This document shows positions 1 through 10,554 of a DNA stretch of 64,000 nt, one piece after another (position 1 is the stretch's first letter; the number at the start of each line of letters is the position of its first letter). The translations under genes were made by a program, and so were the position numbers. The notes under the pieces are model-generated. The model was not told where the DNA came from and made no database searches. It worked only from the letters and a program-made list of their open reading frames with translations. Location of the stretch: contig JBFPLN010000004.1 in assembly GCA_051971635.1 (NCBI GenBank), positions 64,001 to 128,000 of the forward strand, given 5' to 3'. The stretch is from Candidatus Atelocyanobacterium thalassae. Its GTDB lineage: Bacteria > Cyanobacteriota > Cyanobacteriia > Cyanobacteriales > Microcystaceae.

Positions 1-27
1 ATATCCAACATATAAGGAGAAACACTT

Positions 28-342
28 ATGCCTAAAAATTATGAAGTTCGATTAATTAAAGGGAAAAAAAATAAACCTCCAGAAATGGATGTTACTCTTA
101 CACTTCCTGATAATGTTTATATAGTTGACTCTGCTGAAGATAATGGAGTTGAACTTCCTGCAACTTGTCGAACAGGTAATTGCTCTAACTGTGTTGGCCG
201 TATGGTTGAAGGAGAAATTGATCAGTTAGATCAAGCTTTCTTAACTGATAAACAGGTGAAAGACGGCTGGGTACTTCTTTGTGTTGCTTATCCTCGTTCT
301 AACTGCACGATCAAAACTCATCAAGAGGCTTATTTAGTCTAA
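28..342 (+). CDS. fdxH: 2Fe-2S ferredoxin, nif-associated FdxH type
   Basis: Plant-type motif C-x4-C-x2-C...C (CRTGNCSNC...[11 protein letters not shown]), Lys-rich N-terminal loop, C-terminus KTHQEAYLV as in FdxH; next to modBC and fdxB; AAGGAG RBS at 14-19. Confidence 0.85.
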   Translation: MPKNYEVRLIKGKKNKPPEMDVTLTLPDNVYIVDSAEDNGVELPATCRTGNCSNCVGRMVEGEIDQLDQAFLTDKQVKDGWVLLCVAYPRSNCTIKTHQEAYLV

Positions 343-378
343 AATATTAGATAATTTATCCTTATCTATTCATAAAGA

Positions 379-402
379 AAGTCGTAGCGCTAGCTACGAC
401 TT
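379..402 (+). terminator. hairpin downstream of fdxH
   Basis: AAGTCGTAGC-gcta-GCTACGACTT, perfect 10-bp stem. Confidence 0.6.
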
Positions 403-478
403 CATATACTTTTACTTCCGATTAGAGATACTTGTTTGTATTACACATGACTAAGTAATATGATTTTCGTCGAGGTTT

Positions 479-838
479 GTGATGAATCTAAAATGGAAAA
501 CATTTGTATCAAAAACAGTATTTTGGATGATGGGGGAAGTATTTTTAAATCTCTTAGGTCTAGACAATGTAGCCGATTATAGTACTTTTCTATTTGAGCA
601 TGAGTTAGAGTTATTTAAAAAAAATCATAAAACAGTAAAGTTATCCTGTCTTAATCCTAAATTTTGTTATAAAATTAACGAGGAATGTCCGATCGATGAA
701 GTTGCTCTTCAATTTTCAAAATATCCATTGGACGATTGCATAGTTAACCACGATATCTTTTCTAAAAGATGTATAAAAATTAAACACAAATGTATAAAAG
801 CTGCTTTGTTTTCTGATTTATCATATGGTTATAAATAA
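479..838 (+). CDS. hypothetical protein in nif cluster (Cys-rich C-terminus)
   Basis: 119-aa ORF, co-oriented between fdxH and modBC; no recognised domain. Confidence 0.65.
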   Translation: MMNLKWKTFVSKTVFWMMGEVFLNLLGLDNVADYSTFLFEHELELFKKNHKTVKLSCLNPKFCYKINEECPIDEVALQFSKYPLDDCIVNHDIFSKRCIKIKHKCIKAALFSDLSYGYK

Positions 839-1243
839 AGAGATAATTCCTCTTTTGTGAATGATGAAAACTAACGTAAAATATAGAGCTGATAACAATA
901 ACATCTTTTATCTTATCGTTAAAGTACTAAGTTTCAAAATAGCTACTTTATTCTCCATAGACATAAAAATTTAAAAAATTATTAAATATTTTAGACTTTT
1001 TTGTATTCTGCATTATTTATCTATAAAAAAATTATAGTAATTTAATTTTATGTATCTCTAGTTACTGTTTATAAAAATATTAAAAATTACACTAGTAATC
1101 ACTAGAAAACATCATGTATCCTATCCTTCTAAAAAGTATTAAATATTTTATAAAGTATCAGTTTTATTAAAAATAATATCAATTGATTAGGGTTTTCAAG
1201 GAATTAAATAGTTTTCTTTCCTACTACCGCAAAAAGGAATGTC

Positions 1244-3202
1244 ATGGCTTTAGATTTTTCCCCCATTTGGATTTCACTAAAAACTGCAACTTTTGCTACA
1301 TTTTTTGCTTTTTTTACTGGAACAATATTGGCTTATTGGATGTTTAAATATAGTGGAAAATGGAAAAGTGTAATTGATGGACTTTTGACAATTCCTTTGG
1401 TACTTCCTCCTACAGTAACTGGATTTTTACTATTATTATTATTAGGAAAATATGGGCCTATAGGTAGACTATTGTGGCTATTTAATGTTAATATAATATT
1501 TACGTGGTACGCAGCTGTTATAGCAGCTATCGTTGTTGCTTTCCCCTTGATGTACAAAACATCACTAGGAGCATTTCAACAAATAGACTTCAATTTAATA
1601 TCTAGTGCTAAAACATTAGGAGCCTCAGAGATAGAGCTTTTCTTGCGGATTGTGTTACCTTTAGCAAGACCAGGACTTATATCAGGCTTACTGTTGTCAT
1701 ATGCGCGAGCTCTTGGCGAATTTGGAGCAACATTAATGTTGGCAGGTAGTATTCCTGGTAGGACTCAAACTATCCCGATAGCAATTTTTTTTGCTACGGA
1801 AAGTGGCAATATGGAAGAGGCCCAGCTACTGGTAATAATAATGGTTTTTCTATCACTTAGTATTACTATTGGCGTCAACATTTGGAATAATAACTACTCT
1901 GTTAAACGTTTAGGAAAAAAGTTTTCAGGGCTCAAAGTTATCAAGACCAACAGAACCTTGAAAAAAGAACAAAATTTTCTATCGGTTTTTCAAACCCCAG
2001 AAAATTCTTACTCCTTAACAGCAGGTACTCCAAACCAATTGATTGTAGACATTACAAAAAGACTACCTAACTTTGAAATAAATGTCTCTTTCTCAACTAA
2101 TCAAAGTCAAGTGCCCTTAGGTTTGTTAGGAGCTTCTGGAGCTGGAAAAAGCCTGATTTTAAGATGTATTGCCGGACTAGATACTGCTGATCATGGTCAC
2201 ATTTCTTTAAATGGTAAAATTTTATTTGATTCTCGAAAAGGTATTAATATCCCTATTCGTGAACGCAAAGTTGGATTTTTATTCCAAAATTATGCTCTAT
2301 TTAATCATTTAACTATTTTTCAAAACATAGCTTTCGGCTTACCGAAAAACCTTTCTCCTTCTATTGTTCGCCAAAAAGTTGAACAACAACTAAAAATAGT
2401 AAAACTAGAAGGATTTAGTAGTCGTTATCCCGGTACACTCTCTGGAGGACAAAAACAAAGAGTTGCACTAGCTAGGGCACTAGCAAACCAACCTGATATT
2501 TTACTTTTAGACGAACCTTTTTCTGCGCTTGATACTTATCTACGAGATCAATTAGAAAAACTTTTAAAACTAAGCCTAAATGACTATTCAGGAGTTACAC
2601 TGTTCGTTACTCATAAGTTAGAAGAGGCCTATCGTATTTGTCCTAATCTATTGATTCTAAATGAAGGTGTAATACTTAGAAAAGGTACTAAGCAAAAAGT
2701 TTTCGACGATCCACGTCATCTTAAAGCAGCACAGATTACAGGATGTAAAAACTTTTCTACTATCCTTCCATTGTCGAAAAATAAAGTTACTGCTCTTGAT
2801 TGGGGATGTACTTTAGAAGTTTGCGGACCTATTCTTTCCAATTTAACTCATATTGGTATCCGTGCTCATCAATTATTATTTGTTGATATTGATGTAAGTC
2901 ACTCAAAGTGTAATTATTTCCAAAATATTTTTCCTTGTTGGTTAGCTAGTACAAGTGAAACTCAGCATAGAATAACGTTATATATTAAGTTAAATGCTGC
3001 TCCAACCAATTCTTTTGACTATCATCTACAAGTCGAAATTCTTAAGGATAAGTGGAATGAGTTAAAAAAGCGTCCCGTGCCTTGGTCAGTACAAATTGAA
3101 CCATCACGCCTCATGTTACTACAGAATTCAAGCGACCCTATATCCCTTGAATATACAACTGGTAATTTTTCAAAAATTACTAGTAGAAATAACTCTAATT
3201 AA
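1244..3202 (+). CDS. modBC: molybdate ABC transporter, fused permease (ModB) and ATP-binding (ModC) protein
   Basis: N-terminal permease (PLVLPPTVTGF, ARALGEFGATLMLAG); Walker A GASGAGKS, signature LSGGQKQRVALARA, Walker B LLLDEPF. Confidence 0.92.
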   Translation: MALDFSPIWISLKTATFATFFAFFTGTILAYWMFKYSGKWKSVIDGLLTIPLVLPPTVTGFLLLLLLGKYGPIGRLLWLFNVNIIFTWYAAVIAAIVVAFPLMYKTSLGAFQQIDFNLISSAKTLGASEIELFLRIVLPLARPGLISGLLLSYARALGEFGATLMLAGSIPGRTQTIPIAIFFATESGNMEEAQLLVIIMVFLSLSITIGVNIWNNNYSVKRLGKKFSGLKVIKTNRTLKKEQNFLSVFQTPENSYSLTAGTPNQLIVDITKRLPNFEINVSFSTNQSQVPLGLLGASGAGKSLILRCIAGLDTADHGHISLNGKILFDSRKGINIPIRERKVGFLFQNYALFNHLTIFQNIAFGLPKNLSPSIVRQKVEQQLKIVKLEGFSSRYPGTLSGGQKQRVALARALANQPDILLLDEPFSALDTYLRDQLEKLLKLSLNDYSGVTLFVTHKLEEAYRICPNLLILNEGVILRKGTKQKVFDDPRHLKAAQITGCKNFSTILPLSKNKVTALDWGCTLEVCGPILSNLTHIGIRAHQLLFVDIDVSHSKCNYFQNIFPCWLASTSETQHRITLYIKLNAAPTNSFDYHLQVEILKDKWNELKKRPVPWSVQIEPSRLMLLQNSSDPISLEYTTGNFSKITSRNNSN

Positions 3203-3235
3203 TAACTTTCCTGATATACATAAAGGAGAACACTT

Positions 3236-3532
3236 ATGGCAAACTTAACTGGCTTAACTTTTGGACAAAAAGAATGGACTCCAAAGTTTGTTGAAGCTAT
3301 CGATAAAGAAACCTGTCTTGGTTGTGGACGTTGTTTCAAAGTCTGCGGTCACAATGTTCTAACTTTGTTAGGAGTTAATGAAGATGGTGAGATTGTTGAT
3401 GAGGATGAAGATGATGACGATGTAGAACGTCAAGTCATGGGTATTATCAATAAAGATAATTGTGTTGGCTGTGAAGCATGCGCAAAAATTTGCCCTAAAA
3501 ATTGTTACACCAACACACCTCTAGCTATATAA
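3236..3532 (+). CDS. fdxB: ferredoxin III, nif-specific 2[4Fe-4S]
   Basis: [11 protein letters not shown] and [11 protein letters not shown] motifs, acidic linker, [11 protein letters not shown]-terminus. Confidence 0.92.
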   Translation: MANLTGLTFGQKEWTPKFVEAIDKETCLGCGRCFKVCGHNVLTLLGVNEDGEIVDEDEDDDDVERQVMGIINKDNCVGCEACAKICPKNCYTNTPLAI

Positions 3533-3542
3533 TTTAATTTAC

Positions 3543-3583
3543 AAAGAAGTGGCCACAATTTATAAGAATGTAGCCACTTCTTT
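3543..3583 (+). terminator. hairpin downstream of fdxB
   Basis: AAAGAAGTGGC...GCCACTTCTTT 11-bp arms. Confidence 0.6.
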
Positions 3584-3691
3584 ATAAATACATATCCACC
3601 AAATAATAGAAAAACTGTAATAATTAGTACGTTAATCCTAATAAGGAATAATGTTACAGTTAACTATTGTCTATCTTAAATAAAGAGTAAA

Positions 3692-3943
3692 ATGACACAA
3701 TCTCGTCAAGAACAATATTACACCCTAATTGATGAATTATTACGTTGCCCTAATGGTCAAGAACCAGATCTTTTAGGCGCTAACAACGAATTACTAGATA
3801 GTAAGTTTATTGAGTCATTAGTTCAAGTTTCGACCATGATGGCTCACGAAGATAATCCTGATGGAGCTAAGTTTTTAATTCATATTGCAAGGCAATTAGC
3901 AAAAGAACTAGGACTATATCCTGAAATTCAGAATAACAAATAA
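3692..3943 (+). CDS. conserved cyanobacterial hypothetical protein
   Basis: 83-aa ORF with LIDELLRCPNGQEP motif and normal composition. Confidence 0.75.
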   Translation: MTQSRQEQYYTLIDELLRCPNGQEPDLLGANNELLDSKFIESLVQVSTMMAHEDNPDGAKFLIHIARQLAKELGLYPEIQNNK

Positions 3944-3989
3944 TTACTCATTTTTAATTTTACAAATATGAATTAAAATAACGTTAAAC

Positions 3990-4628
3990 TTGATGGTGTT
4001 ACTGGTTCCTGCAATTCAACCCTTACCTTTACTACCTTTGTCTAAAATTGTTTTATTTCCTGGGCGTATTGTTCTTTTACATATTGTTGATTTTTGTTAT
4101 CGAACTATGATTAATAATATTTTAGAAGGGGATCGTTGTTTTGGAGTAGTAAAAGACGATCCTATTAGTGGAGATATGGAAAATGTTGGTGTATGTGTTG
4201 AAGTAATTCGTTTTCAAAAATTTCCCAATGATCGTATGGAACTTATCATTTCAGGTCAGAAGCGCTTTCGTATATTAAAGTATACAAAAGAAAAGCCCTA
4301 CAAAACGGGTTTAACAGAATGGCTAGAAGACAAAGCAACCACTAAAAATCTTTATCCATTATCTAGCGAAGTTAAGCAATTATTACAAGATATAATTCAC
4401 TTATCTGAAAAATTGATAAATCAAGAAATAGGGTTACCAAATAATTTACCTACATTACCCTTAGAACTATCTTACTTGGTAGGCTCTAGTCTCCGTGGAT
4501 TAATAAGAGAACAACAAATACTCCTAGAAACTCAAGAGACTGAAAATCGTCTACAAAAAGAACTGAAAAATTTAATAATTATACGTAATTATTTAGCCGC
4601 TAAGGTCAGTGTAAAAGGTATCTTTTAA
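3990..4628 (+). CDS. LON peptidase substrate-binding (N-terminal) domain protein
   Basis: LPLLPL..VLFPG..L.LHI, GQKRFRIL, EQQILLET motifs; no AAA+ or protease domain. Confidence 0.85.
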   Translation: MMVLLVPAIQPLPLLPLSKIVLFPGRIVLLHIVDFCYRTMINNILEGDRCFGVVKDDPISGDMENVGVCVEVIRFQKFPNDRMELIISGQKRFRILKYTKEKPYKTGLTEWLEDKATTKNLYPLSSEVKQLLQDIIHLSEKLINQEIGLPNNLPTLPLELSYLVGSSLRGLIREQQILLETQETENRLQKELKNLIIIRNYLAAKVSVKGIF

Positions 4629-4961
4629 TAAAATAATAGAGATACTTTATTATTAGAAATTAATTTCTACTCTTAAATAGAACTAAATGACTAGTATACA
4701 AAGTGATCTTGTACATAAAAATTGACTTAGAAAAAAATATATATCTCGAACATTATGTGAGTTGATACCATCTTCATTAAAAGTTCGTAATTACTTGGCT
4801 TCCTAGAATTTACTTTTTTATATTTGACTATTTAAGATAGTTTTTACCAAGATTCTTATTTAATCCAGGTAAATTTAGGTAATTATAATAATTTTTATAT
4901 TAATTTAAGAAAAATCAATTATGGCCTTGAAATAATCGTTTATTTTCTATATGTTGATAAC

Positions 4962-6302
4962 TTAATCTCCAGTAATAGATAAGCCATCAACCCATACTTT
5001 AGGGCAGATTCCCTTAGGTGTAATTTCTGATTTGGATTCTATATAAATAATAGAATTTAATAGTGTTAAAAAGTCACCTGCTATTGTTGCAGCATTAATA
5101 CTTACAAAATTTCCATTATTAACCAACCATCCTTCAAAGGGTAAAGAAAAGGAACCTTGTAAACTGTTTACTCCAGCATGAAGAGCTTGTAACCTATCAA
5201 CAAAAACTATATTTTTTTCTGTATTTAAATTATACTCAAAATTTGATTTTTTATTAGATAGAACATGGTAGAAATGAGGTTTAATAGTTACCTTAGAACC
5301 AATATTTGCATGTCCAGTAGGTTTCGTATTTAAACGTTGAGCAGTTCTCTCACTATGTAGTAATCCAGTAAGAATGCCATCATTAATTATTTCTACACGA
5401 CGAGTAGGAGTTCCTTCTTCATCAAAAGTTTCCATGCCGACATTACTACAGTGTCTAGCATCATCGTATAGAGAAAAAAGCGGGACAGAAATCTGTTTCC
5501 CAAGAGAATTTGTTGTAGAAAGACTTTGCTTATCTAAGATATTTTGAGCGTTAAATAAATTGGTAAAAGAATTAAGCAAACTTAGGAATGCCGTAGGAGA
5601 AAAAATTACAGTATATTTTCCTGAGGAAATATTTTGATAATTAATATGACTGAGAGTCTTTTGTATTACCTCTTGTAAACAAGATTTAATATCTAAACTT
5701 GCAAAATCTCGACTAATTTTAATAGAACTTGCTCCTCTAGGCTTTTTCCCCTCTGTCTCTGTACGACTATAGAAATATATAGCAGTATATGAAAGATCTT
5801 CTTGGCGTAAAGCAGAGTCACTATTCAAATAAAATCTGTTAATGCTTTCTTGAGATAAACCGTTATAAGGAATACTTGTAATAATAGGGCTCGATTCTAA
5901 TAAAGTTTTTTCTGCTGCGATTAAGGTATCTATTAATATAGGAATTGGAGTTGGTTTAGAAATTTTATTAAATGTACCTTGAATTGTTGTGTGAGTCTCT
6001 GGACTAAAATTTGGTACATGTTCTTGGGCACCAAAATGGCTAGCATCTTTAGCTGTTTGTAAAGCTAATTTTATACCAATTTTATCTAAGTCTGTAGTAG
6101 TAGTAACTCCAATATTTCCATTTTTATTCCAAACTCTAACAGTAACACTCGATCTATTTGATACTTGGATTTGTTTTGGCTTACCAGTATCAACTTCTAT
6201 GTTAGCTTCTTCTATAGCAGAACCATAAATATCGTACTTAGTAATGTTAAGTTCTTTCGAACTTTCTTCGGCATAATCAGCAACTTGTTCAATATGGAGC
6301 AT
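4962..6302 (-). CDS. TldD/PmbA family protein (TldE/PmbA-like)
   Basis: FDEEGTPT, TGHA, GSFSLPFEGW motifs; no HExxxH. Confidence 0.88.
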   Translation of the reverse strand: MLHIEQVADYAEESSKELNITKYDIYGSAIEEANIEVDTGKPKQIQVSNRSSVTVRVWNKNGNIGVTTTTDLDKIGIKLALQTAKDASHFGAQEHVPNFSPETHTTIQGTFNKISKPTPIPILIDTLIAAEKTLLESSPIITSIPYNGLSQESINRFYLNSDSALRQEDLSYTAIYFYSRTETEGKKPRGASSIKISRDFASLDIKSCLQEVIQKTLSHINYQNISSGKYTVIFSPTAFLSLLNSFTNLFNAQNILDKQSLSTTNSLGKQISVPLFSLYDDARHCSNVGMETFDEEGTPTRRVEIINDGILTGLLHSERTAQRLNTKPTGHANIGSKVTIKPHFYHVLSNKKSNFEYNLNTEKNIVFVDRLQALHAGVNSLQGSFSLPFEGWLVNNGNFVSINAATIAGDFLTLLNSIIYIESKSEITPKGICPKVWVDGLSITGD

Positions 6303-6734
6303 TACTATTTACTTTATAAAGTATAAAAATATCTTTTAGATAAGGTCTCTATATTACTATTCTATCTCATTAAATTATGTTCTAAAAGTTTTGATCTATA
6401 TTTAATATACAAGCTTATAAAAAAATCTTAATTAATATATATCTTAAAAAATTACATAACAGTAGAAAAACCATTATTAAAATATTAGATAGAGAGTTAC
6501 TTATAAATTATTCTAATAATAGAATAGATTAATAGCTTAAATAGAAGCAGATCCTTCAATACAATAATCTAAAATATTTATTAATTCTATTATAAAATTT
6601 TTAAATCCTAAGGATTTAAAATAAGTTTCTTAATTACAATTTAAATTTTAGTTACCTTTTTAAAATAATACGAAACTATATTTAGATCTCTGAAAATAAA
6701 ATGAACTTTAGAGATAGATATTGTAAACTAGAAA

Positions 6735-7049
6735 ATGAGTTTATATATTCTAGAAATTATGAATTTGTTGAACATAACATATTGGGCTTTAAGTGTATCT
6801 TTAGCGGTAATGACTTTTTTGTTTATTTTCCGTATTGTTTTAACTTGGTATCCCCAAGCAGAAATTAATCGATTTCCTTGGTTTTTAATTGCTTTACCAA
6901 CAGAATTTTTATTAGTTCCAATTAGAAAGGTAGTATCTCCAATTGGGGGAGTAGATATTAGCCCTATTATTTGGGTTGGAATTTGTAGTTTGTTAAGAGA
7001 AGTATTAGTTGGACAACAAGGACTAATATCAATGGCACTATATAAATAA
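6735..7049 (+). CDS. YggT/YlmG family membrane protein
   Basis: RIVLTWYP...PTEFLLVPIRKVVSPIGGVDISPI; start may be about 6759. Confidence 0.88.
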   Translation: MSLYILEIMNLLNITYWALSVSLAVMTFLFIFRIVLTWYPQAEINRFPWFLIALPTEFLLVPIRKVVSPIGGVDISPIIWVGICSLLREVLVGQQGLISMALYK

Positions 7050-7337
7050 AGATTAACTGTCTCTCAAGGAATAGTAGTAATGAATCTATTCTTAACGCTA
7101 TTCAATTTTGATAGAAAAACTATAGTATTGTTATTAGTAATTAGCGATTATAAAATATGATATATAAGTATTATTTTTATGCTGTATATCGACTTCTTTT
7201 TTTCAAGTTTTAGATATTTACTTAATATTAGTAGCTTAATATACTGCTATGTATAGATATTATAAAAAATGACTCTTTGTCGATATAGAATTTAGTTATA
7301 AAAAATTTCTTCGTTAATTCTCTCGACAAATAATATA

Positions 7338-7898
7338 TTAAAATTTCTTTAAAAAAGACTTATTTTTATTACTGTATTTTTTTTTGTCTATTAAAATATT
7401 CATCAAATAATGTAATACAGGCGAGTATAAACTGCTCAAAATTGCTGACAATAGAATTGAACTTTGATGATAAATATTAATATACTCAAATAAGTATATA
7501 CCTTGTAGAGTGTACTGTAAAAAAATAATACCTTGAGCTATCAAGGATAGTATGAATACTAATAAGATAATGGAGAGAAAACTATATAGATTATCTCGAA
7601 TAAAGTAGTTTTTTCGAAATCGGCTTGATAATGCTCCAACTACCACCAAACTCGGAATACAAGATAAAGTTCCTACTGTTAAGCTATCTTGAATTAATCC
7701 CATTACTAAGCCACTAACAATTCCCTGAAATGTTTTTTGTTTAACACTCCATACTATTACCCAAACTTGTATCCAATTAATATTAGCTCCAAATGTTTTT
7801 GTTTCAGAAAAATAAGCTAGCGAAAACAATATAGAGAATACAGCAGAAATAATAATAATTAATTTATCAAAAATAATAATATTTTTTAAAAAGCTCAT
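7338..7898 (-). CDS. mreD: rod shape-determining protein MreD (diverged)
   Basis: Hydrophobic, NW..WV.VWS.K and G...GLIQD.L motifs; directly downstream of mreC. Confidence 0.8.
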   Translation of the reverse strand: MSFLKNIIIFDKLIIIISAVFSILFSLAYFSETKTFGANINWIQVWVIVWSVKQKTFQGIVSGLVMGLIQDSLTVGTLSCIPSLVVVGALSSRFRKNYFIRDNLYSFLSIILLVFILSLIAQGIIFLQYTLQGIYLFEYINIYHQSSILLSAILSSLYSPVLHYLMNILIDKKKYSNKNKSFLKKF

Positions 7899-7978
7899 AA
7901 TTCAATAAACTCTTGTTGACCGTTATCTTTAGTTCAGATAAAAGCCTAAAGGCGAATAGAATAAACAAATTAGGTAGA

Positions 7979-8731
7979 CTATTTACTAATGTAAGGGTGA
8001 ATAACTACCCATTCTAAGTTATTAAAAGCAACTGTTAGTGAAACGTCTCCTTCTGGTGCAGGTTCCTTATTAAAGTCTAATGATTTTATTTGACCAATAG
8101 GTAAACCATTGGGAAATAGACGACTAACAGGAGAAGTAGTAATAGCGTCTCCAACACTGACTTCTGGAGATTTATCAAAAAAACGTATTTTAACAAGACT
8201 AGAAGCATTCCCAATAATTACTCCCATAGTTCCTGTTTGACTTATCTTGACGCCTACACGACTAGTAGGATCAGTAATTAATAAAACGCGACTAGTATGC
8301 GGAGTAACACTAATAATACGACCAACCAATCCCCCAATTCCTGTAACTATAAAGCCTGTTTCCACTCCATCTCTGCTACCACGACCAAGAACAATGTTTC
8401 TCCACCAATTATCAGGAGTATGTCCAATAACTGGTGCGGCGATTACTTCTGTCTTTTGTATTTCAAAATAACCTAATAATCTTTGTAGCTGTTCATTTTG
8501 CTTTTTTAATTCTGCAACACTTTGATTTAATTCTATAAAGCGAGCATTGGTTAGTCGTTTTTGCAGTAGCCCAGAAGAGTCTGATGTTCGTAAAGGGTAG
8601 CTTATCCAATAATATAATTCGAGAATAGCTGTTCCTTTAGTCTCAAAGAGAAATAATCCAATTCCTACAGAAATTATTGTCCATAACAATTTTGAGCCGT
8701 ATCGAGTATACCAATGAAATACCATTAGCAT
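7979..8731 (-). CDS. mreC: rod shape-determining protein MreC
   Basis: N-terminal TM, coiled coil, GGLVGRI, SRVLLITD, FPNGLPIG. Confidence 0.92.
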   Translation of the reverse strand: MLMVFHWYTRYGSKLLWTIISVGIGLFLFETKGTAILELYYWISYPLRTSDSSGLLQKRLTNARFIELNQSVAELKKQNEQLQRLLGYFEIQKTEVIAAPVIGHTPDNWWRNIVLGRGSRDGVETGFIVTGIGGLVGRIISVTPHTSRVLLITDPTSRVGVKISQTGTMGVIIGNASSLVKIRFFDKSPEVSVGDAITTSPVSRLFPNGLPIGQIKSLDFNKEPAPEGDVSLTVAFNNLEWVVIHPYISK

Positions 8732-8754
8732 TTTATATTCCTAATATTTTGTAT

Positions 8755-9798
8755 TTAAACAATTTTTGAAGTTTGGCACAAAATTTTATCTAACATTACA
8801 GGATTTTTCAAGATTTGCTCTGTACCTTTAACTACGCAATACAAAGGATCTTCGGCAATATGAGTTACGATTCCGGTTTCATGACTTAAAAGAACATCAA
8901 TACCTTTAATTAAAGCTCCTCCTCCTGCTAATATAATTCCTCGATCTATAATATCTGAAGCTAATTCTGGAGGAGTATGTTCTAATGTAGATTTTATAGC
9001 TTCAATAATTGCAGCTAAAGGCTCAGACATGCATTCTCGAATTTCTCCTCCTCTTAATGTAATACTACGGGGTAATCCAGATAATAAATGTAATCCTCGG
9101 ACCTCCATCGTAGACTCTTCTTCTTGTTCTATTGGATAAACAGAAGCCAATCGAATTTTTATTTCTTCAGCTGTCCGCTCCCCAATAACCATATTGTGAA
9201 CTTTCTTTACATACTGAGTAATAGACTCAGTTAATTCGTCCCCAGCAATTCTTATAGATTGACCAAACACTTGTCCTTGTAAACTTAGAATTGCTACTTC
9301 AGTTGTGCCTCCACCAATGTCTACAATCATATTACCAATAGCTTCTGTCACCGGTAAGCCTGCTCCCAAAGCTGCTGCTACCGGTTCTTCTACTAGTCCT
9401 ACTTTCCTTGCGCCTGCTTCTCTTGCAGCATCAATAACTGCCCTCCTTTCAACATCTGTAATACCGCTAGGAATACCAATAATCATTCTTGGATTTCCTA
9501 GCGGTATTCCTTCGTTAGCTTGACGAATAAATTCTTGAAGCATAATCATAGCACTCAAAAAATCTGCAATTACGCCATCTCGTAAAGGGCGTAAAACAGT
9601 AACATTAGCAGGTGTACGACCAAGCATCTTTTTTGCTTCTTCTCCTACAGCTAACGCAACCTTTCGACTTTGATCAATAGCTACGATAGAAGGCTCATTA
9701 AGTACAATACCTTTCCCAGATACATAGATAAGAGTATTAGCTGTGCCTAAATCAATACCTATATCTCGTGAAAGAGAAAAACGACTAAAAATCCCCAC
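8755..9798 (-). CDS. mreB: rod shape-determining protein MreB
   Basis: IGIDLGTANT, RPLRDGVIADF, DIGGGTTE, GGGAL. Confidence 0.96.
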   Translation of the reverse strand: MGIFSRFSLSRDIGIDLGTANTLIYVSGKGIVLNEPSIVAIDQSRKVALAVGEEAKKMLGRTPANVTVLRPLRDGVIADFLSAMIMLQEFIRQANEGIPLGNPRMIIGIPSGITDVERRAVIDAAREAGARKVGLVEEPVAAALGAGLPVTEAIGNMIVDIGGGTTEVAILSLQGQVFGQSIRIAGDELTESITQYVKKVHNMVIGERTAEEIKIRLASVYPIEQEEESTMEVRGLHLLSGLPRSITLRGGEIRECMSEPLAAIIEAIKSTLEHTPPELASDIIDRGIILAGGGALIKGIDVLLSHETGIVTHIAEDPLYCVVKGTEQILKNPVMLDKILCQTSKIV

Positions 9799-9989
9799 TT
9801 TTATTTATCCCTCTGATTTATGGTTAAAGACTAATATGACTATAGATAACGAATCAATTAATCAACCTCGATTAAGGAGAAATATAAATTCTAAGCCATG
9901 CCATGCTTGACCAGTGAAGAAAAGAGTTGGTTCCCGTATCATTGCTTGTTACAATAATTTGAACATAAAGGAAATTTAAAAGAAAAAAT

Positions 9990-10355
9990 ATGAGTTTAAA
10001 TATCGTCAATTTAGTTGGTCGTGTTGGAAGAGATCCGGAAGTTAAATATTTTGAATCCGGCACAGTTTTATGCACATTGACGCTAGCAGTCAATCGTCGC
10101 TCTAGCAAAAGAGACGAGGCAGATTGGTTCAACTTAAAAATTTGGGGCAAAACAGCAGAGATTGCTGCTAATTATGTTAAGAAAGGTAGTTTAATTGGAG
10201 TTCATGGATCATTAGAAATTGAAACTTGGAAAGATCGCAATACAGGTATTGATCGTTCTAGTCCAGTTATCAAGGTTGATCGTTTAGATCTACTAGGTTC
10301 TAGACGTGATAATGATTCAAATGGAAATTATCAAGGAGGAAATGATGAATTTTAG
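9990..10355 (+). CDS. ssb: single-stranded DNA-binding protein
   Basis: NIVNLVGRVGRDPE, WGKTAE, KGSLIGV, acidic C-terminus DEF. Confidence 0.95.
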   Translation: MSLNIVNLVGRVGRDPEVKYFESGTVLCTLTLAVNRRSSKRDEADWFNLKIWGKTAEIAANYVKKGSLIGVHGSLEIETWKDRNTGIDRSSPVIKVDRLDLLGSRRDNDSNGNYQGGNDEF

Positions 10356-10554
10356 AGTAGTAAAAATTATATTTTTAGATATTAAATATGTATAAACCAA
10401 ATTAAGGAAAATATTTTATACTGGTTCCCCTCCTAAAAAGAAGAAAATCAAGTTTTATCTTTACCAAACTAGAATTATAAGAAATACCTTTTTATAATTC
10501 TTACATTTTTTAATTTATTTGTTTCCAATCTAATATTTTTCATATATAAATACC

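Noticed and set aside
1244..3202. modB-modC fusion as a novelty
   Set aside because: Fused ModBC is already known in cyanobacteria
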